Source of the DNA: Laetmonice hystrix
Lineage: Eukaryota
Assembly: GCA_965235115.1 (NCBI GenBank)
Contig: OZ249443.1
Coordinates: forward strand, 22,692,001-22,756,000
Reading direction: 5' to 3'
Length of the DNA: 64,000 nt
Shown: piece by piece, positions 22,801 to 32,773 of the stretch
Numbering within the stretch: the first letter of the stretch is position 1
Layout of the letters: every line of letters begins with the position of its first letter
Notes under the pieces: model-generated
Databases searched by the model: none
Told to the model about the DNA's origin: nothing
What the model saw: only the letters and a program-made list of their open reading frames with translations
Made by a program: the position numbers and the translations under genes

Positions 22801-24248
22801 ATTGCTGTGAAATGAAATACAATTAAAACTGAAGTTACTTTGTAAATTCCAGTATAGTTTCAACAGCACGGCAAACAATTGTAAGGACAGCGTTATATGC
22901 TGGAAACTCTTGCTGCCTTCTTTCCTCCGTCCCTGCCTGACTCACCGTGTGAAGTGCCAGTCCTTCAGGTAAAGGCAGCGGTCGTCCGACACCTCTTCCT
23001 TGCTGTTCCTGTCTTCAAGGTACCTGACGTAGTCTCGAAGTTTAAAATCTTCCTTTGGATGTGAACTGTACTTCTCCTGGTCACAGTTGGCGACAGGAGC
23101 AGTAGCCTCGCCTGAACAAGTGAATATCACCATCACTGCCTTGTTAAAACAGCTAGTTAATGCAGAGGTAAAATATGTAACAAAATAATAATGTCACAAC
23201 CTATGAAATGACCACCTGACTGCTAGCAAACATTCTATGATTATAGGATGAATTCGTATAGTATTAGCGAACGTGAACGACATCAGATCGATTGACATCA
23301 GATCAAGCTATGCTTTGTTTCTCACGATCCGCTGATCTTCCCAGAGCAAAACACCAAACTACTCACTGACTCTTCCCACTGCAGAGATGTCAACATTAGG
23401 GAAAAGGACTCATCTTTTTTCAATAGGATAATTCAGATAATTTTCAAATTTTAAAATTCCAGTAATCTCACCAAAATGTTTGCTGATGTATCCGAGATGA
23501 GGGGTTGAATCCGACCTGACCCATTCCTTCCGACTTCGCCATCCTTGCGTCGCCCATGGCCCAAGGACACATGGTCGGTTCGGTAATAAATATTTGAGGA
23601 AGAACTTTTCATACGTCAATGGTTCTTCTGAAAGTAGAACAATTGTGAATCGTGCAGATTATTAAATTATTTCATTTGAGATTTTTAGTACAGGGGGTGG
23701 TGGATTTTTCAGTTAGAGTATTTGCTGGCTGTAGTGGGTATACCGTTTTAAAAGCAGAACCATAATATTTCACTGATTTCTAAATACATTTACCTTAAAG
23801 GTAAACTCTATTGAATTCGGTTTCTGCGTCGGACCGCAGCGATGGCCCAACCGCCACGCACCCGTTCCAAAAATTGAACGCTCCGCTCCCCGACCAATCA
23901 CAGGCCACACCAGAGCGAGCGACTGGGGGGGCTCACCACTGTACCGAGGGCTGCGGCGGGTCATGGGAACGGGGCGTTCAATTCCCAGAAAGGGCAAGCG
24001 ACGACTGGGCCATCACTGCAGTCCGACGCGGAAACCGTATTCAATAGAGTTTAGCTTTAAATGTTGTACCGAATGTGGACCAGGGACTCGTCAGAGACTG
24101 TCCATTGCAAGAATAGAGTACGCATGTACTCATAGGACCCACCTATATAATCGACTCCAGAGACTGAAGCCAGCGTCTGGTTCCGTAGTTTCTCGACGGA
24201 CAGGTCACCGTCAATCCAGGATACAAGTGTTTCCCTTGATAACTCCAT
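19367..24248 (-). CDS. JMJD4: JmjC-domain 2-oxoglutarate/Fe(II) oxygenase JMJD4; complement(join(19367-19840,20052-20195,21649-21830,21985-22070,22424-22555,22946-23111,23472-23627,24143-24248)), 1446 nt, 481 aa
   Basis: The spliced product carries JMJD4 signatures (YLLPNRPC, PVANC, LYLKDWH, SDWLNEFWD, DDYRFVY, LHADV..SYSWS.N.CG.K, FVPSGWHHQV.NL, DTISINHNW, GIDYAEFYKFL). All introns are GT-AG and the phases (1,1,2,2,1,0,0) are consistent. Confidence 0.95.
20052..20195 (-). CDS. JMJD4: JMJD4 coding exon 7
   Basis: EDTISINHNWLNG...QQCQ; acceptor GGCACAG, donor GTTAGG. Confidence 0.95.
20209..20636. repeat. 34-bp minisatellite, about 12.5 copies (JMJD4 intron 6)
   Basis: Unit CATGATGGTAAATCATAAATATGATCATCATAAA. 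Confidence 0.95.
20660..21510. repeat. Degenerate 25-28-bp C-rich minisatellite (JMJD4 intron 6)
   Basis: Core CTGCTGACCATCCTGCTAACCCACC, with occasional ATCCTGACACCAAC inserts. Confidence 0.95.
21649..21830 (-). CDS. JMJD4: JMJD4 coding exon 6 (third iron-ligand His)
   Basis: EEEFLKDKFGQLVYD...FVPSGWHHQVFNL; acceptor TTTTAG, donor GTAGGT. Confidence 0.95.
21881..21970. repeat. 27-bp tandem repeat, about 3 copies (JMJD4 intron 5)
   Basis: Unit CATGTTCTCTAATCATTGCTGAGAAAC. Confidence 0.9.
21985..22070 (-). CDS. JMJD4: JMJD4 coding exon 5 (HxD motif)
   Basis: TPLHADVLRSYSWSANICGRKMWWIHPP; acceptor GTTGCAG, donor GTTAGA. Confidence 0.95.
22424..22555 (-). CDS. JMJD4: JMJD4 coding exon 4
   Basis: IFPEYGAYTTPDYFTSDWLNEFWD...DDYRFVYIGPKGS; acceptor TTTACAAAG, donor GTATGT. 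Confidence 0.9.
22946..23111 (-). CDS. JMJD4: JMJD4 coding exon 3
   Basis: EATAPVANCDQEKY...CLYLKDWHFT; acceptor TGTTCAG, donor GTGAGT. Confidence 0.95.
23472..23627 (-). CDS. JMJD4: JMJD4 coding exon 2
   Basis: EPLTYEKFFLKYLLPNRPCVLGPWATQGW...KHF; acceptor CTTTCAG, donor GTGAGA. Confidence 0.95.
23799..24056. mobile_element. TTAA-flanked MITE in JMJD4 intron 1
   Basis: 51-bp TIR with 5 mismatches; TTAA at 23795-23798 and 24057-24060. Confidence 0.85.
24143..24248 (-). CDS. JMJD4: JMJD4 coding exon 1
   Basis: MELSRETL...GVDYI; in-frame stop upstream of the ATG; donor GTGGGT in phase 1 matches exon 2. Confidence 0.8.
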
Positions 24249-24368
24249 TAAGTTCTCACAGTCACAGACATACTAATTATAAAAAAAACTCACTCATAAT
24301 CAATCATTACACAAATTATTATAAACTTACTAACAGTCTTATCACAATGTCATATTAAATTAATTAGA

Positions 24369-24500
24369 CTAAATATTATACTGTGTGCAGGGCACGCTGC
24401 AGAGAGCGGTGCCATGAAACAATGTTATGGCAACACACTTTTGTAAGCAGGGAAAATGACGTCCAATCCACCAAGGTACTTTTCGCTTTTCCTGCGCCAT
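24369..24500 (-). other. Candidate 43-codon upstream ORF with CAAGATGGCG context, 5' of JMJD4
   Basis: CAAGATGGCG (YY1-like, strong Kozak) opens MAQEKRKVPWW...QYNI*. A CCAAT box lies just upstream on the minus strand. Confidence 0.35.
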
Positions 24501-25608
24501 CTTGCTATTGCGGGCAGTTAACTTAACATTTTCTCGATTCTGATTGGTTGCATAAATGTCCATTAATTGAAAACTCATGAACAGTTCTAGGCCCTGCGAT
24601 TATGCTCGTCTATGTCTCTGACATTTTAACATATATATATCTATTCTATTTATCATTCCATTAGAATTTAGAAGTTTACTTTAGGAATGTCCAGTCAGAT
24701 TTAGCACTGACTGAGTGACCGCCACCAGATTCTGACATTCAGTTCTGAATCCAGTGTTTCACGTTTTATCAGAGATCCTACACAAACCTTGTGTAAACAT
24801 TTTATGTTGACAAATCCATCCACCACCACGTGGCGCTACGATCGAAACCAGTGCCATTACCGTTACACGGCTGTCTACGAGGGGGGCGATAATAGGAGAA
24901 ACCTCCTACCTTCACTATCTGATCTTTGTATTAGAATCACTCCAGCGATGTGACACCCCGAAAGCATTCATCCTCACGGTGACAACACCATCCTAATGCC
25001 CGTCCGTCCCCTCGGACTTGTCTCACACTGACAGGATGGTGTAGATATTCCCAACTCACACCCTAGCAGTGGGTCCGCCGCACCACTGACGTTTTGGTGG
25101 GGCCACCTGTTGGTAAACTAGGGAACCATGGAGCCCAGAGGCGCCATCTACCGATTTAGCTCAGTTTGGCGGGCCTAGGCCTACTGTTAACCGAAAGATC
25201 TCTTGGTGATGTTCTCCGTTTGCCAATTTGGGAGATTCAACGGAATAACGGCGAACGAGCACCTGTGAAACATTCCTGCCGTTTTGAGCCATGAGTCCAC
25301 AAAATAGACTATAGCGGGACATTGATGGACACATTTTTCAAAGCAAAAAACGAAATCTTTCCCTGCCCAGATTTGCCCCATGGATAGGCCCTACGGAGCA
25401 AATCTGGACAGCTTATGGGGCAATTCGGACAGGAGGCCTCTTGAAGTATTTTAAAATTTGTCCATTTAAATTAAAACTGACTAGAAGCCTTCCGTTTCAT
25501 TTCCCGTCCATATATATTTTAGACTCGACCACCAGTCCTATCCGAGCCACAGACTGGACACTATAGATCTGTGGGCTGTTGCCACCAGATGTCAGCACCC
25601 TGACTTAA

Positions 25609-26189
25609 AGGGAAATGTGAGTGTTCAAAGCGCCACCTAGTGAGTCGCGTTGGTATCACTGGGGAAATGTGAGTATTCAAAGCGCCACGTAGTGAGCTTT
25701 AACAGAAAAATGTTTGGCTTATTTATGCAGTTAACTAATTTGATGTGGAAATCAGTAGTATTTTTTAAACCATGAACCAAACTGTGTGCCAGAACCTGTC
25801 TACTCCATTGAATACTATAGTTAAGACCCGTGTTTTACCAAGGCACTGACTGTTTGGCAGGCTGTAACTTTTTTTTTAATTCGGTGACCCCCAATTTTTT
25901 TTGTTTTAAACTATTAGTCCTGATCCACTTTATCTTGTCACCGAGTTTTAGGAAAAAATTGGTGGTCATTTTTTAACTATTAGTCAAAATGTCTGAAAAA
26001 TCCTGTTTTTCCCATTGAAACCTATAGTAAAGACCCATTTTTTACGGAGGCCTGTATAAAAAAATCTAATTCGGTGACATATGATTTTTTTTGTTTCTTT
26101 GTACTCCTATGGACAAAGGCTATCCCCCATAAAAATATTTTGAAAATTCTAGTGGTCAATCAAATTCCGTCAAACACTCACATTTCCCT
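25609..26189. mobile_element. Kolobok-type MITE carrying two CTCF-like motifs
   Basis: Perfect 17-bp TIR AGGGAAATGTGAGTGTT; TTAA at 25605-25608 and 26190-26193; AGCGCCAC(C/G)TAGTGAG at 25629 and 25681. Confidence 0.85.
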
Positions 26190-28395
26190 TTAACTTCCCG
26201 ATGTGACACCAGTCTTGGTCCTGTCCGCAATTACCCCAATAAAGCAGAGAGGCTCGCGCTCCACTACCCCTTTGGGTAGATCCTTTAACCACTACAGTCA
26301 GTTTAATCACTACAGGCAGTGTCAATCGAAACATAAGCCTAAAACAAAACATAAGGATGTGCCCCACCTGCCTGTAGTGATCAGGTCCATACTATAGATC
26401 TACGCTCCTATAGGGCCTGCCCCACCTGGCTGTAGTGATTAGGCCCCTATAAGGTCCTAATCACTATCGGTCCATAATCACTACAGGCATGTGGGGTAAT
26501 GTAGGTTCATAATCACAGGCAGGTGGCGTATGCGTCATAATTTTGAACCATACAATTGCCTATTTTCAGAATTTCAGCAACTCAAGGTCAAATAAAATTA
26601 AACGAAATGCATAAATATGTGATTTTCTGGTCTCAACTGATAGAAAACTAATAGGGCTTTCAGAAAATAGAGTACTTTCCTATACTTCCAACCAATTGTG
26701 TCGGACGTAGAGGCCTCCAAATAAAAAAACACGGTGAAAGATGTTTTTTTTTTTGCATTGCAGTCAATTGCTACCTTCTTCAGTGTGCACAAATTATGCT
26801 TGTACTGGCCAGGGAATGATTTAAAACGCTAAATACATCTGTTTTACATAATAGGTCATTATTGCAATGTTTGTATGCATATCTGGTACTATAATTCGCT
26901 ACTGGCATTTTTGCATAGTATTCGTCACGTACGTTCGCTCATAGAAAAGAGAGCACTTTAGTGTTCTAGCTGTTTAAGGGGCATCGAAGTATTTCTATAT
27001 AAATGTAATATGACGACCTCCATCTGTTGGCATTGTATAAATATCGTGTGCTTCTTGAAAGTATTGAAAATAACTGTAAAACAATTCCGTCACGTACGTT
27101 CGCTACAGATAAACGGTTGTGAAATGTATAGGCTACTTTCCATTTGAGTATCTTCTCCAAATGTTAACAGTAGATGTCCCTCGGCTAGACCTTTCATTTC
27201 CACTACCTCACTCTACTGTTTGGCCTCAATGTACAGTTTGGCCTCACTGTACTGTTTGCTGGGGTACTAGGCCAGCCCGTACCGGCCCGGCCCGGCCCTT
27301 AAAAAATGTTATTTGTCTCACAATAACCCCGTTGTCTAGGCCTGGATGTATATTATTTCTAACTTTAAGCCTTACACCCTTACTTTGTATTCGTAAAACA
27401 TAAGCTATATATAGGCCTTACACATAGACAGGTGCATCTTTTTCTGTGCCCTTTGGCTTTGAGGCTTTGTACGAGGCCTTGTAGGCCTACCAGAGATCGC
27501 CAATTGATACTGTCATTGATTAGGCCTATGTAATTTCGAGAGATAGTCACATATAGGCCTATCTCCCTCTGTAAGTACATTGGTCGGCACACCTCTGCCA
27601 GTGTGTATGAGGAGGTGCTTATTTCAACGATTGTTCTCACACGATAAGGGGGTTTGTATAGGCTCCTGTCACAATAAACAGGCTCCGTGTGTGGGCTTCA
27701 GTGGTGGGGACAGGCTCAGGCTTCTCCCCGCTTCACTTTGTAGGTCGTAACATGTAGATTTAGATTCCCTAAATTCAATATCATCGTATCACAAGTGTTG
27801 TTGAGGCAGATATTGAGGCAGGATTGAGGCACATATAGGCCTCATGTGTGTGTGATTGATGTTGGCAAGACAGATGAGTGTCGAGTGCGCTCAAGTTGAT
27901 CGCAATGATATATCACCATTCGATAGTTTTTCTTTGGTAAGTCGTATGATAGTGTCAAGTTAAAAGTACATCAGTGACGCCTCAGAGTAGACCCGTAAAG
28001 TAATTGGGCGAGGGCCAAGGGAATAAGCAATGTACTCAATTTTGCAATTATAGGTCCGATCTGAGAATTGAAGCCGCCTGGAAATAGACACGATGAATCA
28101 AAATTAGCAGCTGGTGAATTCTTAGGTCTGCACCTGTTACGTTAAATATATCACTACTTCGTTACCATATTATCATAAACTACAATGTTGATGTCAGGTT
28201 TGTCACTTGACAAGGTTCACTGGCGGTTAGAGAGCTGTCCCAGAGATGTGCATACAATCGGTTTGTATCATCATGTTGTTGTAATCCCGCACTAGGTGAC
28301 CCCAGATCTATGTTCGCTGAGTGGGGCTAATCCGAACTATACAGACGACCTTTTAGATTTGATATGCGTGTCATCATTCGTTTAATCAATCTTTC

Positions 28396-28617
28396 TGTCT
28401 CTCTGTCTGTCTTTCTGTCTGTCTCTCTCTGGCTCTCGCTCTTTCTCGCGCTCTCTCTGTCTCTCTGGCTCTCTCTAACTCTCTCTCTGTCTCTCTGTAT
28501 GTCTCTCTCTGTCTCTCTCTCCCGCTCTCTCTCACTCTCTCTCCCTGTCTCTCTCACTCTCTATCTCTCTCCCTCTCTCCCTCTCTTTCTCTCTTTCTCT
28601 TTCTTTCTCTCTCTCTC
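28396..28617. repeat. (CT)n-rich microsatellite
   Basis: CT/CTGT runs; explains ORFs 28327-28557 and 28364-28642. Confidence 0.95.
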
Positions 28618-29926
28618 GTGTAGTAAGACGGTTTCCTTATAGATTCTTGGCCGATTTATCATTACGTTCTAAAGCCTCTTGCATGTTAAAGTCCTCTGTG
28701 GTCTTTCCCTCTGTCCGCTGTATATATAGACGGCGTTTCGTCTACTCCCGCCCATTCAATGCGAGTACGTCATTTTCCTGGCGCCTGCCTTTCCAGTGGC
28801 ACACCTGCCTTTCTCAAACATTAAAGTGAAATGCCACAGAAAATTGCCAAGGCTTCGGCCTCCATCTCCTGCAGGGCCTAACAGCCTGCGCAAGTAATGG
28901 CTAAGAAAATGGGGTGGCCATGTCTTTATTTGATCATTCACATGCATCAAAACGTGACGGAAATTAAAAATAACCACTGCCGCTCAATAGAATAAATCAG
29001 AGTTGTCATGCAAAAGTTCACCATCTCCGGCATCTATAAGGAATTTCCTAAAATATCAGACATGTATACAGGCAGTGACATTTGGACTTTCTTTGGGTAC
29101 ATAAATAAGTATAGAAACGCTGAGAACCAGGGAAAGTCATGGGTCTGCTGGGCTTCGTGTGCATATGTAAGCGTTAGTTATCATGCCACTTTGAAAGAGC
29201 CGGTCTCAGCCGGGTCTGTTCACGAGGATCTATTATACGCGGGGGCTCATGGGAAATACTCCCACTCCGCCCACCCGATTATTAGACCTACATCATGTCA
29301 CTCAATTTAAAGATCATCATAATCATGATCATCTTAATCATGATCAATAATATATTATTGATATTAAAATAATACTAGCATCGCCTGCGCGTCCAGATGA
29401 GCCACGATGTAAATAGCTTCCTCCAGAGTTCTTGCCCCGACCGGAAGTAGATGATGTCGCGACCGGAAGAGAACATTTCCCCCCACGTGAGCTCGAGATC
29501 GGAGCGGAGCTCAACCAATCAGCTGTCGAGCCGCTGTATGGTGTTTCTCCCCGTCATTCTTTTCAAACTGGGGTAGAGTTAGAGATCAGGATTGGAATGT
29601 ATATTACAAAACTTAAAACTCTTTGGGGGATTTTGGGTCATCTAGGGAGAGTGATAGTTAAAGGTCAGTCATATGCAAATGAGCTCCGCTTTGGTCCCGA
29701 GCTCATGTGTGTGTGTGGGGTGGGGGTGGGGGGATTCGCCGCCTGGAAGACCATGAGCCTGAATAAAGTTGACAGACCTTTTTTAGATTTACTGAGTAAG
29801 GTTGAATAGAAATTGAAATAATCAGTTTGAAAAAGTGTTTTTTACGAGGCCTCCCCCCCCCCCCCCGCCCGCCCGCCGGCCCTTGTCGCCAAATAGAAGA
29901 ACAGGAACAGATATGATATGTGTTTT

Positions 29927-30042
29927 ATGTATGACCCAAATATTGAATGTATGACCCAAACATGCAATGTATGACCCAAACATGCAACGTATGACCCAAA
30001 CATGCAAAGTATGACCCAAACATGCAATGTATGACCCAAATA
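29927..30042. repeat. 20-bp tandem repeat, about 6 copies
   Basis: Unit ATGTATGACCCAAACATGCA. Confidence 0.95.
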
Positions 30043-30556
30043 TGGAGACCTATCACTGTACAAGATCTACCTCAATGAAACGATACAGAAATTACAGCTT
30101 TATGCATAGGTTTGATAACAAAAAGCCGGGGAAATAGTCAATTCAGAATGAATCATGAGCCTTCAGATCTGACTCCTGGGCACAGGAGAACAATTGAAAG
30201 ATCAACCAGACGAAATATCGCCCTGTCTGTTGTAAATAGTGTCTGTCTGTTTAAAACGGCGGGGGACGTCAAAGGAATGTTACGAATTCATCTTTCAAGG
30301 TAGTCTCTCTAGTGACGTGGCCATTTGCCGCCAGAACGGCATCGACAGAAAAAGGAAGGCGGCTACTACACTTCCGCTGTTGAATTGGCAGACGGAAATA
30401 AACAAATAAATTGAATTGCACAATCTAATAATATTTGGTTCCCATTTAGCAGGCTGTTGACAAGAAGATTTCTTGCTAACAGGGGAACAGAGGGTGGTCC
30501 TTCTCAAGTCGGGGGTTCGGAAGGGGGAGGGTACGTCTGGGTAACTAGTTATTCTG

Positions 30557-30652
30557 ATGGAAACTATCCATTTCATATTTATTGAAGGACATGCCTGCTG
30601 ACTTATGGAAACTATCCATTTAATATTTATTGAAGGACATGCCTGCTGACTT
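30557..30652. repeat. 48-bp tandem duplication
   Basis: ATGGAAACTATCCATTT(C/A)ATATTTATTGAAGGACATGCCTGCTGACTT occurs twice. Confidence 0.9.
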
Positions 30653-31049
30653 TCAGACAACATACGTCGATGTTAAAACCATAGCTCATGCTTATTTAAT
30701 ATGTTATTTCTGGGGCAAAAAAAAGAGCAAAACTGTGAAATTTCGTTTTCTATAGTGACCTATAACAAATTTTGAGGTAAAGGATCCTAACTGATTAATC
30801 ATGCAAGGTTGTGGTCACAGAACAAAATCATCATGTGTGATCGACCATTTCGAAATCGACTTTTAAAACATATTAATTTATTTTTGAACTCTTTATATCG
30901 AATCCTCCATGCTCTAATAATGGCCTCGAGACTTATTGACGTATGAAGACGCAGCCGGTGAATGCAGTATACGTTAGCACCCTGCTGGAAATCCAAGGTT
31001 ACACTAAGCCCTCACAGTGTTACTGTATTACAGAATAATGTAACTTTAA

Positions 31050-31892
31050 AGGGATGGAAAACCCACACGGCAAATACGCTTTCGTAGACCAAATGGAACA
31101 CCAGCATTTACCTCAGGGCAATAAATGCCACAATTACGTTGTCTGAGTGAAGTAATTAACGTGTAACCGCCTGCATGATGTGTGACGCCGCTGGTTCTTA
31201 CCTTGCCCTGCTTGTGTGTTCATCACCTCGAACGTTTCCAAACGTTTACAAAGACTGGGACTCCAAACATCGTGTAGACAAGGTCTGTAGACACTGCTTG
31301 TCCATTGCTACCTTGCATGCGTGCGACTATGGGTGGAAGCACAGATTTCCATTTTTACATTTGGCGCCGACGTTTGATCACGTGAACATCACATGCTCAT
31401 ACGTCCATCCGCCATCATGGAGACACGCGACAGACTCGTGGCGGTAACCTCTGAAGCTGCTTTTGCTGCCTGCATAGTAAATGGCGACGTTAATAAAAAA
31501 TAGAAAATCGTTGCTCGCGGCCGTCGCATATGAATGCGGTAATATCAAAACGTTTTGATATTGCCGCAAGCTACCGCACATCTCCGCGTCAACGCAACGC
31601 ACCGCCGCTGCGACGATGTGATGGCCTTAAAATCCATTGACTGCGTTGCGTCTGGGAGACGCATGGGCTCTGCGACTGCCGCATCGCAAGGAAAATCGCC
31701 CTAAACACGTAATGTTACGCAATACGCCGCGGTGTGCAGCATTCGGCTGTGATGAACATACAAGCAGAACCAGCGGTGTCACACATTACTTCATTCGGAC
31801 AACGTAATTGTCGCATTTATTGCCCTGAGGTAAATGCTGGTGTTTTATTTGGTCTACGAAACCTTATTTTGCCGTGTGGGTTTTCCATCCCT
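31050..31892. mobile_element. Kolobok-type MITE with long TIRs and an extra central segment
   Basis: AGGGATGGAAAACCCACACGGCAAA... arms are inverted over more than 100 bp; TTAA at 31046-31049 and 31893-31896; second copy at 55161. Confidence 0.9.
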
Positions 31893-32375
31893 TTAACGGC
31901 GTGTCCTCATCACATTTATTTACATTCAATGTGCCCACGCAGAAACCACCATGCTTTCCCCCGGGACAGGAATTGATCGGATCAGAGCGCACGTGTGGCT
32001 GGATCTATACAAACGTGGTCGAGTTCTCTCAGTCACGGACGTCGACTGGCAGGCGCACTTGGAACCGTTCGTTGCCTGCTTGCCAAAACTCGAGGGTGAA
32101 GAGGCCTGTCCTCATTCAGTTCTTGAGATGTTCCGTTGTGTCGCTCGGCAGCGGAGGCTGGATTAACCGCGGACACGCCTCGCCTGGAGTGAACGTTTTT
32201 TTATGTTCAGTTCGCCTGGAAAGCTCAGAGGGCAGCGGTCGCTGTTTCACACTGGAAACTGTTGTTGGCCTGACTCTGGCAGCACGTGCGGCTGGCTTGG
32301 TGCTGCTGTAACGTCCTACATCTTCTTCTGTACATCGTGTTAGATGGTTGTCGGTCGTGACGGCCGGCCACGGAC

Positions 32376-32773
32376 ATGACGCCCACACTGGACAGCGGTG
32401 GTGGTGCTGGTGGTGCTGGTGGACTCGGCCACAGTATCCGGGTGTCGTGGACTTGGTGGTTGCTCACGTCAACAGTGGCGTTGCTCTTGCTGCTGGAGCA
32501 TCGCGCTCCCATGGTGTCCGCCAGAGCCGTTCACTGGGACGAAAACGTCAGGGAACAGATCGACACATTCATCAACGTCACAATGGAGTGCAGGACCATA
32601 TTGGGCCTGAACTTGGCCATCGTCACCAAAGACAGGGTTTTGTATTCCAGGGGTTATGGGTGTTTAGACTTGGAAACATGCGCTCCTGCCAACTCGAAGT
32701 CTCTCTTCAGCTTGGCCTCGGTGACAAAGGCATTTGCAACCACTCTACTTGGAATATTTCTCAAAGAAAACAA
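32376..32773 (+). CDS. Beta-lactamase-like gene exon 1 (signal region, SVTK)
   Basis: MTPTLD...WWLLTSTVALLLLL...YSRGYG...FSLASVTKAF; donor AA|GTAAGG. Confidence 0.92.
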
